From assembly GCA_018985225.1 (NCBI GenBank), contig JADGIF010000342.1:1-10554 (forward strand): DNA of 10,554 bases. Reading direction: 5' to 3'. This DNA comes from Amoeboradix gromovi X-113. Taxonomy: Eukaryota > Fungi > Sanchytriomycota. Positions within the stretch are counted from its first letter, which is position 1, and each line of letters starts with the position of its first letter. The position numbers were made by a program, and so were the translations under genes. Positions 1-8,170 of this stretch are shown piece after piece. Under the pieces are notes generated by a model that worked only from the letters and a program-made list of their open reading frames with translations, was not told the origin of the DNA and ran no database searches.

Positions 1-447
1 GTTGTAATAATCTTCAAGTGGTAGATAGTTTGCTAGCGAATGGTGAGAGACCAGGTTGGCAACAAAGGATCACTGACAAAGTAGTTTCGCCTATTGCCTA
101 GGTGAAGAAATATGGGATACTACTGTGAAAAGTTCAACTGGGTAAATCTCGTCACCCGTTTTTTATCCCCAGTCTACTTTCTACAGAGTGTGTCCCAGAT
201 GAAACAGTAAACGATTCTGATTGAATATACCAATTTGTCTTCATTACATTTATTTTATGGTTCCAGTAATTCTTCATACTAGAGCTTTGAAGTTGAGTAA
301 ATGATAACTGTAGTCCCCTATTAACCACAGCCAGAGTACGTTAATTTCAAGAAACCACCAGGAAATACAAGCATTCTTCTATATTTAAAGAGTGGTCTAA
401 ATGAAACTGTCATATAAATAAGAGGAAGAGGAATTCTGTTTTAAGGT

Positions 448-465
448 GTTGCTCATATGAGCAAC
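448..465. repeat. Perfect 18-bp palindrome GTTGCTCAT|ATGAGCAAC
   Basis: Read directly: 448-456 is the exact reverse complement of 457-465. Confidence 0.9.
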
Positions 466-562
466 CGCCGTAAGTATTGCCTTGACATTGTCGGTTTCCT
501 GTGTAATTCCCTTGATTTCCTAGCAAAACAAGCCTTTCAGTGAAGAATAAAGCGTATTTTAT

Positions 563-1501
563 TTATTCAAACTTAACTTTTTTAGCAGGTCGTTTATTCT
601 TTACATTCTCTTCTTGCTCTCTTCTTCGTTTCTCTTTCAAATTCTTTTTATCACTAGCTATTTTACGCAACCTGGACTTTTGTTCAGGAGTCTTATCTAC
701 ATATTTATTATAGACAACTTCACCCTCATCTACACCAACAACATTCTCAACAATCTTGTATAAATCTAAGTCTAAGCGAGGCCCGAGTTCAGTTAATTTT
801 AAACCTGATTTGGATTTCGCCAAATGACTTAGAGAAGACATCGCATCAGATATATCCCCATACTGGCTTAGATCAATATTAGAATTAGTCAGCTCGGAAA
901 TGAAACTAGAATTGTCGCTTTGCTCGATGCTTTCGATAAAGTAGTGACGCATATGAACAACGTCTTTCGATTGATCGTAATGAAAGAGGATGACACGTTT
1001 TATCTTCTTAACTACTGTAGACTGCACATTAATAGGGGGAAATGCAGACTGAAGGAGTTCTTTTGCTAGTTCTAAATGGCGATGGCCATCAAAGTTATTG
1101 AAAATAAGAACTGGTGGAGTGGTAATAGTACCAATACTAAAAGACTTGGGTCTTGGCTGATCTTTTATAATATCTGCATGCGTTGCTAATTGATTCACAC
1201 GAAAAACTAAAGTGGGTCCTTGAGGTAGTCTAGAGAGTCTTAAATTCAGATGATTGTCAGTCAGATTGTATACCCATATATGGCCGCAATTAAGAGTTCC
1301 TGCCATCGATACAAAATCTTTCATTGTGTTGCTTGCTTTTTGTTTCAACTTTGTCAAAACATATGGTTCCATTAAAGCTCTTGTGTTAGTCACTAAATCA
1401 TTGACAGATGAACTAATATTACTACAATTTTGAACAACAATCGACCTGCTAAAAGTGTCTTCTTCTATTTTATGAGTTCTGTGCTTCTTTCTTCTGGCCA
1501 T
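563..1501 (-). CDS. SSF1: Brix-domain pre-60S ribosome biogenesis factor Ssf1 / Peter Pan (312 aa, shortened)
   Basis: Basic N-terminus MARRKKHRTH; Ssf1/PPAN motifs R-ALMEPY, NLRLSRLPQGPTLVF, PPVLIFNNF, FPPINV, KRVILF, MRHY; Brix C-terminal motif LTELGPRL-L-L-KI; basic C-terminal tail. Confidence 0.93.
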   Translation of the reverse strand: MARRKKHRTHKIEEDTFSRSIVVQNCSNISSSVNDLVTNTRALMEPYVLTKLKQKASNTMKDFVSMAGTLNCGHIWVYNLTDNHLNLRLSRLPQGPTLVFRVNQLATHADIIKDQPRPKSFSIGTITTPPVLIFNNFDGHRHLELAKELLQSAFPPINVQSTVVKKIKRVILFHYDQSKDVVHMRHYFIESIEQSDNSSFISELTNSNIDLSQYGDISDAMSSLSHLAKSKSGLKLTELGPRLDLDLYKIVENVVGVDEGEVVYNKYVDKTPEQKSRLRKIASDKKNLKEKRRREQEENVKNKRPAKKVKFE

Positions 1502-1504
1502 CCT

Positions 1505-1515
1505 TGTTTTGTCCT
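1505..1515 (-). promoter_or_regulatory. Shared start-proximal motif AGGACAAAACA, 3 nt before the SSF1 ATG
   Basis: Plus strand tgttttgtcct; near-identical 11-mers sit at the same position before NOP1 and NOP7. Confidence 0.55.
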
Positions 1516-1531
1516 TTGCCCTTCAAAATAA

Positions 1532-2332
1532 TATAAGAGATACTTAAAGAGAAGCGGACTGTACGTAAAAGCGGATGACAGAGAAAAAAGCGTTGAGTTG
1601 TTAGATGTTGAGGCACCATCATAAGCTGAACAGGTCCGGTCAAATTATCCCGCTAATTGCAAATTACCAAAAAAAGACATGGTGTGCAGAACTTGTTTTT
1701 TGGGGGATATATTGGATAAGAACATGAAATAAGTTGATGGAAAACATGACAAGGAAGCTGTCTTGGTCAGTTTCTCTAATTCTTGGTTTTCCCGTTTACC
1801 AGGAATTTCAACTAGTAGTAAGTATTCGCAGGCCATCTCTGTATTGGTAAAAGATACTGGAGCATGTGCTCAGCCGATAGACTATGATTTTGATCAGTAT
1901 GGTGCTGGGAACCAAAGCAGAGAGTTTGTGAGGATCCCTAAATGGCATATAACAAGAATTTCGGCTAATACTACCACCCTTTTGACACATTCTTCTTGCG
2001 AACTATTCCCACAGATTCAGTTATAGCGCATTTTTGAATTAATTGAGTCGACCCAGACCTTAAATTCATCATTCGTAACACTGTTTTGTTCATTTTATAT
2101 GAAAACAGACTCATTGACATTCAAATGCGTGAAATGCGATGAGAAATGCATAGTATTTGAAAAACAAGAGTTTGTCAAGGATTATTTGAACTTAAGACAA
2201 TTTTATCCCAATATTCCTAAGAGTTCATTTATTTCATCTCCAAACACTTCAATGTGCTGCGGATGTACACATACACTACTAAAACCAGTATCTCTTCGCC
2301 CTAACATACCCCATTGGGATAAAACAATTTAG
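1532..2332 (+). pseudogene. Long reading frame (about 265 codons) broken by only three in-frame stops; Cys-motif protein of unknown family. The distal 77-aa ORF (2099-2332) could be a stand-alone small gene
   Basis: ORFs 1763-2026 and 2099-2332 share a frame that is open from 1532 except for TAA 1622, TAA 1730 and TAG 2024. It contains CRTC, CVKC and CCGC. The terminal TAG is followed by AATAAA (2334-2339), as in the real genes. No recognisable homology. Confidence 0.35.
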
Positions 2333-3071
2333 CAATAAATAATTTAAATCTTAATTGCTCTTTTTAAGCTTGAAATTCAATCTGCAGACATGCATTTAGG
2401 GAATGGTTTAATCATTTTAAACAGTATTGAAGATTAATACCTATGAGATTTCCAAGTAAATTGCTGTAATTCCTTGCCATTTTGTCTTCGCAATAATGCA
2501 ATGTAACTTTCCGCAAGCTGCTCTATATCTACAGATGCGTTAGAGCGAGAAATCGCAAAGAGGAAATCTTCATGGAGATTGTCTAAATCTTGTAACTGGC
2601 ATCTTTTGAGTCGAAGATTATGGTTATAATACCGACGCAGGTGTGAAGATGCTTACTTGGATGTAATAGCCAAAAATTATTCCACGGCATATGAATTAAG
2701 CTTCTTTTGAAGCAATTGGATCCCTTTACTTGCATTTGTAACTGTTACCATTTCAATTGATATTTCTACAAATTTTAACAAAGATAATCATGTTTTCCAA
2801 TTTCTCTCAAAATGATTGTAAAGAAAGGAAATATCCTACTGAGATTGTGACGCGGCAGTAACAAATTACCATCTAATCTTTCAATATTAGGCACTCAAAG
2901 ATGACTTGTATTATCGGAAAATTACTTCGTTTATATCAAAGTATTTAAGGTGTGCTGTTGTGCTTAAATGAAGACGATCTCGGTTTGTTAATGCGTGACT
3001 GATATATAGTAAAGCTACGGAGCAGCTGTGAAACAAACTCCAGAATGTCTGAAATTATAATTTATTTAAAG

Positions 3072-4902
3072 ATGGAACCCCTCTCATTAGAATTGCTGGA
3101 TAAATTGAAGTCGATTCATACGAATATTAAGACACATGGAACTATAAATAGTGGAGAAATTGTTTTATCAAATCAATGGGACACATTAAAAGACCTACAT
3201 GAACCAGTCACTTGTATATACCTATACGAGAACAAGAATATCTGGCTTAAAAAGAAGGACAAACAAATTGCAGATGCTGTATTTCCAATAGAGCTAATTA
3301 TTAAAGATCCTGCAGTTATCCTTCATGCTATATTGCAGCTAGCTTATCGTAAAAATAGAGAATATGATCTTCATTGCGAGCTGCAAGACGAGAAAACTAA
3401 GCGCATAGTTTTAGAAGATAAAATTAAGCACTTTAAGAATGATATTGCATCTACTGTTATTACACCAATTCATGCAATCACAGACAATATAGCGAATTTA
3501 TTGAATGAAGAATCACTTTCAGAATTTGCTAAACTGGTGTTAATCCAAGTCATAGAAAATCTCAAAAATCAAGTCAGCAAACCAGATTTCTTGCATTTAT
3601 TTGAGAAATTAACTGATGCTGATGTAGACCGTGAAACTAAATCGTGGCTAGCTACAGAAGTATTAAGGGACTCACCGGAGTCAGTAAGCTTTGAAATGCA
3701 ACGAAATAGACGCAGGGCGAGCAGTCTGGGATTGTTGTATTGGAAAGATAGAAAGCATTCTTTTAACAAGTCAGAAAAGAGCAGTCGCATACTTGCTAAC
3801 AGTAACAGTAGATTCCACTCGATAGCTTCCAATAAATCGTCACCCACAGAGTCTGCCGACAAGATTGAATACGATGAACCCTTGGATCTTTCTATCAACC
3901 AGATTGATGATGATCTACACGTACCTTCACTTAAATTCAATTCTCAGAATATGGTGGAACTAGCTGACTGGTCTTTTAAAGTATGGGATTACGCTCCTAA
4001 CCAGCTCATAATATACCTAATAGATATGTTTGATTCTCTAAAATTTCTCGAGTTTGCAAATATTTCTAGATCTTCCTTTTCCGACTTTTGTTGTTCTATT
4101 TATCGCGGATATTCTGTAAAACAAAATCCATATCATAATTTCCATCACGCTTTTGATGTTGTACATGCCGGTTACCTTTTAATCACCAAATATGCTACAC
4201 TTTTTAATATCAAGGAGTCTTTTGCATTCCTTACTTCTTGCTTATGTCATGATCTCGGACATGACGGCAGAACGAATATATTTCATATTTCTACAATATC
4301 GCCGCTAGCGTTGTTGTATAATGATCAGTCTCCATTAGAAAATTATCACTGTCATCAGACGTTCTTGCTTCTAAATGAGCATGACATTTTAAGCAACTTT
4401 GAAATTGAAGACAGGTTAGAAATAAGAAACATAATAATAAGATGCATTTTAGCCACCGATTTATCGAAGCATGTGACAGTCTTGGGTAAGTTTAACGAAA
4501 TTGCAAAAGTAATGCGAGCAAATGATAAGGAGCATCGAATCCGCTGTTTAGAGGTACTGATTAAGTGTGCGGACATTAGCAATGTAATAAGGCCAATACC
4601 GCTAGCAAGGAAATGGGGAGAAGCCATCCAGGTAAAATATTGGACTAATTTAGGAAGAGATGTTTATACAAGGAGATGAAGAAAGTAAGTTAAATTATCC
4701 AATTAGCGGGTTTATGGATCGAAACTATCCACAAAAAGCGAGAATGGGTATATCTTTCAATGATTTCATGTGCAACCCGCTAATACAAGCTTTAAAGCAA
4801 GTGTTTCCAGATATGGAGTCGATGATGGAAGATTTAAAAAGAACCAGGAATTACTGGGAGTCATGCTTAAATGAGGATGTTATACCACCACCATTAGAAT
4901 AA
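3072..4902 (+). CDS. Class I 3',5'-cyclic nucleotide phosphodiesterase, RegA-like; join(3072..4631,4654..4902), 602 aa (alternative in-frame start at 3045)
   Basis: PDEase_I motifs NPYHNFHHAFDV, CHDLGHDGRTN, SPLENYH, ILATDLSKH and LIKCADISN. Removing the 22-nt intron joins WGEAIQ to EEMFIQGDEE...FMDR...F-DF--PL, completing the domain. ATG 3072 follows an AT-rich stretch. Confidence 0.93.
4632..4653 (+). other. 22-nt spliceosomal intron GTAAAATATTGGACTAATTTAG (phase 0)
   Basis: CAG|GTAAAA donor, ACTAAT branch-like motif and TTAG acceptor; excision restores the conserved PDE EE-F-QGD-E motif in frame. Confidence 0.93.
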
Positions 4903-4933
4903 TAAAATAAAACTTAATATAAATAGATTTATT
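4901..4933. terminator. Convergent 3'-end region (29-nt spacer) with AATAAA overlapping both stop codons
   Basis: AATAAA at 4901-4906 on + overlaps the PDE stop; AATAAA at 4928-4933 on - overlaps the NOP1 stop. Confidence 0.6.
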
Positions 4934-5822
4934 AGCTGCTTTTACCGGAATAAGAACCGACAACAACACAATGATCTCTCTCATATGGTTCCAACGTCAA
5001 CTGTTCTTTAGGTTTAACACCTTCAAGTTGCATTTTCTTGACTTCATTGGCAAAAACTTTAGTTGCTTCCATTGTAGAATCTATACAATTTGCTTTGATT
5101 GCAATTACCACTAACCCATCATCTTTCAGAAAATGATGAGCATTAAGTGCGATAATTCTGCCTTGATCCGGTTGAGCCACATCAGCAAATACAACATCAA
5201 CCATTGAAATTAACATTCTATACTTGTGTGGATGGCGCGCATCCTCGATAATAGGTACAATATTAGGTCTCTTCTTAGCCATGTTAATCAGTTCTCTACC
5301 GACACGATGAGAGAACTCAACAGCATAAACTATGCCTTCTGGGCCGACTATGTCAGATACATGAGATACAGTGGTACCAGCAGAAGCGCCTAAATACAAT
5401 ACTTTCTTTCCAGGGGTAATACCAATTTCACCAATACCTCCTAAGATTCCCGCAGCCAGCTTGGATCTAAATGGATTCCAAACCCTATATTCAATCTTCT
5501 CTCCATCTGCACCATCGATTTTGACAATTTTCTCACCGTAAACAACTTCACCAGGACAAATATTACGTGTGACAAGTAAATCTTCTTTTCCTTTGGCAAT
5601 AAACACACCTGGAAGTCTGTGATTCGTAATGAAAGTGCGACTTCCACCACGTCCGCCTCTACCTCCACCGCGGCCTCCACGCCCGCCTCTATCACCTCCA
5701 CGCCCGCGGCCTCCCCGATCTCCACCGCGGCCACCTCTACTTCCTCCGAACCTTGCAATGCCTCTACTTCCTCTATCACCGCCTCTTCCACCTCTACTTC
5801 CTCTTCCTCTTTCGCCTCTCAT
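4932..5822 (-). CDS. NOP1: Fibrillarin, box C/D snoRNP rRNA 2'-O-methyltransferase (296 aa)
   Basis: N-terminal RGG/GAR domain; [68 protein letters not shown] and LEPYERDH. Confidence 0.99.
   Translation of the reverse strand: MRGERGRGSRGGRGGDRGSRGIARFGGSRGGRGGDRGGRGRGGDRGGRGGRGGGRGGRGGSRTFITNHRLPGVFIAKGKEDLLVTRNICPGEVVYGEKIVKIDGADGEKIEYRVWNPFRSKLAAGILGGIGEIGITPGKKVLYLGASAGTTVSHVSDIVGPEGIVYAVEFSHRVGRELINMAKKRPNIVPIIEDARHPHKYRMLISMVDVVFADVAQPDQGRIIALNAHHFLKDDGLVVIAIKANCIDSTMEATKVFANEVKKMQLEGVKPKEQLTLEPYERDHCVVVGSYSGKSS
5637..5819 (-). repeat. GAR/RGG low-complexity coding repeat of fibrillarin
   Basis: C-rich plus strand (cctccaccgcggcc units) encodes RGG repeats on the minus strand and explains several spurious overlapping ORFs. 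Confidence 0.9.
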
Positions 5823-5826
5823 ACTA

Positions 5827-5837
5827 TGGTTTGTCCT
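5827..5837 (-). promoter_or_regulatory. Shared start-proximal motif AGGACAAACCA, 4 nt before the NOP1 ATG
   Basis: Plus strand tggtttgtcct; 10/11 identical to the SSF1 copy, and both are preceded by A. Confidence 0.55.
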
Positions 5838-6489
5838 TGACTCCTCAGTTACTCCATAGATTTGACTCCTTCAACTCCTCATTAATAGTCCTCATATACA
5901 AGAGCAATGAGAGTATCAGCAGAGTAGCTAGGAATGTTAGTCAGTCCGTTACAGTTGTTGCTCACGCTTGCACTAACCTGATGCTGCATTGAATAGGGAA
6001 GTATGTGTTTCAAGCTCATGTTCCATGCTGAGACATGATCTCTATTTACTTCCAAGTGAAAGATTGTGCATTGTGTATCTCCGAACCGGTTTGCTTTAGA
6101 GTAGCATAGATCAACAATCTTAATAGGTACATGCGCCATTACTTTCTATCAATTTTTTTCTTTCCTCAGACAATCATTCATTTTTAGACTAGTATCTGAG
6201 CCCGAGGGGCAGTATTGTGCATCCTTTGCTGATGAGTTTATACTTGACATATTCTGGATAATGTGGCCTCAAAGCATTTCCAACTGATGAAATAACAGAA
6301 CTTCAAGTTTTTACGCAATTAGGGAGTCTAGAAATAGTATATTGCAGCTGTGTATTTCATTTAGTCAACGTAGACAATTAATAAAGTTAAAATCCATAAC
6401 CGTTGTAATTGGTGGTTTCAGAACAAATTTACAGTCAGCAAAGTGCACTACTTACCAAGAGTATAATGCAAAATTATAACAACCAATAA

Positions 6490-7944
6490 CTATTTATTTT
6501 GCTTCTTCAAATTTACTCTCTTCTTTGCTAACTTCTTCGCCTCCGTTTCTTTTTTTGATTTGTTGGCGATAATGTGGCCAAGTAACCTTCTGTCTTTTTG
6601 AGTCATAGAAGCTTTTGCTACTTCTTTCTTAAGTGCAATAGACTCTTCACTTATCTGATTGTTGAGCTCCTCAGATTCCTTTACAATGAATCCCGTTTCC
6701 TCTTCTTCAGAATTATTGAGTGCATCCATTTCCTCTTCTCTCATTATTTGTTGCTCTGCGCTATCTACCATTTCAGCAGTCGCTAATGTTCCGCTTGCAT
6801 CTTCAAACGGAGATACGTGAGATGGTAACAACTCACCAGCACGATATCCATCATAGGCGATCAATTTGCCGGCATTTAGGCAGTCTATAATATATTGCGG
6901 TTGAACCGCTCTGCCATTTTCATATACAAGTTTTAATAAGCTCAAAGGCTTGTCACAAACCTCGATAACATCAGTTTCCTCAATAACTGCCTCTGCATAC
7001 AAAACTTTACCGCCACAGCATTCGATTATGAATTTAAATAAGCTTCTAGGGATTTCTCTATGCAATACGAATGTTTTTGATTGGAAAAGAGACGCATTCT
7101 TGCTGGCATGAAATAATGCTTTGTTAACATCGAAATCTTTCAAGGTGATATCAGCATCAGATGGCTCTGCAGCGGAGTCCATAGCAACAGATTCCAGAGT
7201 TTTTGGAACAGCTGCAGTCTCTGTTAACGGAAATTCAAACTTGTTTAGTTTTGCCATTTTAAACAAAAAGTGTTCCATAACACATTGATAGTACATATGA
7301 AATGTCGTCATAACCTTGTAATCGACATCAATATCTTCTACTTGACTAGCATGTAATGGAACAACATAAGTAATCGGTTGATCCTGCAAATAAAATTGAA
7401 TGTAAACACCTTTTATACTAATAAAAGACTTGGTGATTCCAATTTTCAGCTTTTTTAGGAGCAGCTCAAATTGGTCTAGCAATTCTTCTGTCTTTTGGAT
7501 CTCTTTACTTCCAATATATTCATTACATGGCAAATACTTCACGCAATACAGCAAACTTAGAATATCGTCTAAATCGTACCAAATATTGTAGAATTTAGGG
7601 TAATTCTGTTGGATAATTTTTGGCATTTGGCGCAAAATTAAATTGTTAACTTGCTCCATGTAATTTTCGTAAATTGCGTTGTCCTTGTGATAGTAATGGA
7701 TGCATTTTCTTTTAAGAATTTTCAACTCGCGAATAACTGGCACTAAAGGATGGTTGTTCAGAAACTTTATATCCTTTTGTAAAAAAAGCTGTTGCTGTTT
7801 TACTAATTTAGGTGAAATGTGCAGTAAAATACACATCATACGGAACTCGCTCAGACTAACCTGCAAGTATTTCACTGCTTGATTACGACTCAACATTGCA
7901 GAGTCGCCGGATGGTTTTACGAGATTAAACATTTTCGCTGACAT
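6490..7944 (-). CDS. NOP7: Pescadillo / Nop7 (PeBoW complex), divergent, 484 aa
   Basis: Pescadillo N-domain SRNQAVKYLQVSLSEFR--CIL, KDIKFL, YP-F----DLDD-LS, KSFISIKGVY-Q and DVDYKVMTTF; BRCT region LF----F-L-REIPR...CGG...VQPQYI-DC-N...Y--G--LP-H-SPF; acidic then basic tail. Confidence 0.95.
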   Translation of the reverse strand: MSAKMFNLVKPSGDSAMLSRNQAVKYLQVSLSEFRMMCILLHISPKLVKQQQLFLQKDIKFLNNHPLVPVIRELKILKRKCIHYYHKDNAIYENYMEQVNNLILRQMPKIIQQNYPKFYNIWYDLDDILSLLYCVKYLPCNEYIGSKEIQKTEELLDQFELLLKKLKIGITKSFISIKGVYIQFYLQDQPITYVVPLHASQVEDIDVDYKVMTTFHMYYQCVMEHFLFKMAKLNKFEFPLTETAAVPKTLESVAMDSAAEPSDADITLKDFDVNKALFHASKNASLFQSKTFVLHREIPRSLFKFIIECCGGKVLYAEAVIEETDVIEVCDKPLSLLKLVYENGRAVQPQYIIDCLNAGKLIAYDGYRAGELLPSHVSPFEDASGTLATAEMVDSAEQQIMREEEMDALNNSEEEETGFIVKESEELNNQISEESIALKKEVAKASMTQKDRRLLGHIIANKSKKETEAKKLAKKRVNLKKQNK

Positions 7945-7950
7945 TTTCCG

Positions 7951-7961
7951 TGTTTTTTCCT
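7951..7961 (-). promoter_or_regulatory. Shared start-proximal motif AGGAAAAAACA, 6 nt before the NOP7 ATG
   Basis: Plus strand tgttttttcct; 10/11 identical to the SSF1 copy. Confidence 0.5.
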
Positions 7962-8100
7962 GGATAATTTAATTAGTAAAATATCATAATTGGGAGACTA
8001 ATTGGCCTAGTACATAAGAAACTTTTGCTTCGATATCTGACTTTCTTGGTGTTTTCACGTTAAGCTGAACGCTGTATTCATGACAGAATTTGAGTTGTAA

Positions 8101-8170
8101 GTCATTGTTGTCTTAGCATTAGCATTCAGAAGCTGAAAAATAAAGTGAGAGCTTCTTGACAAACAATGAC
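8101..8170. repeat. Nested inverted repeats forming a potential long hairpin
   Basis: gtcattgttgtc (8101-8112) pairs with gacaaacaatgac (8158-8170, one bulge); agaagct (8128-8134) pairs with agcttct (8150-8156). Confidence 0.6.

Noticed and set aside
470-550. GTAAGT...CCTAG intron plus terminal exon QNKPFSEE* of a plus-strand gene
   Set aside because: The upstream frame is closed by TGA at 458 and further stops, so no coherent gene model could be built.
2136-2143. PAC-like GCGATGAG about 635 bp upstream of SSF1 (and GATGAG at 6231)
   Set aside because: Too distant, lies within a candidate ORF, has no proper RRPE partner and no copy before NOP7.
1532-2332. Genome-wide TAA/TAG reassignment (e.g. 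to Gln) to explain in-frame stops
   Set aside because: All five clear genes end on TAA or TAG at the expected C-terminus and contain no internal TAA/TAG.
3569-4627. Minus-strand ORFs 3569-3940 and 4355-4627
   Set aside because: Antisense shadows of the PDE gene. The short ORFs inside NOP7 and the LPMO-like gene are rejected for the same reason.
4632-4679. PDE as two separate ORFs or a programmed frameshift
   Set aside because: A canonical 22-nt intron explains the break exactly.
5441-5992. Overlapping Pro-, Thr/Ser- or Glu/Val-rich ORFs
   Set aside because: Alternative-frame and antisense shadows of the fibrillarin GAR repeat.
6230-6287. Possible box C/D snoRNA (TGATGA...CTGA); a similar pair on the minus strand near 2017-2072
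   Set aside because: Short, with no terminal stem and no rRNA complementarity I could recognise; needs snoscan or Infernal.
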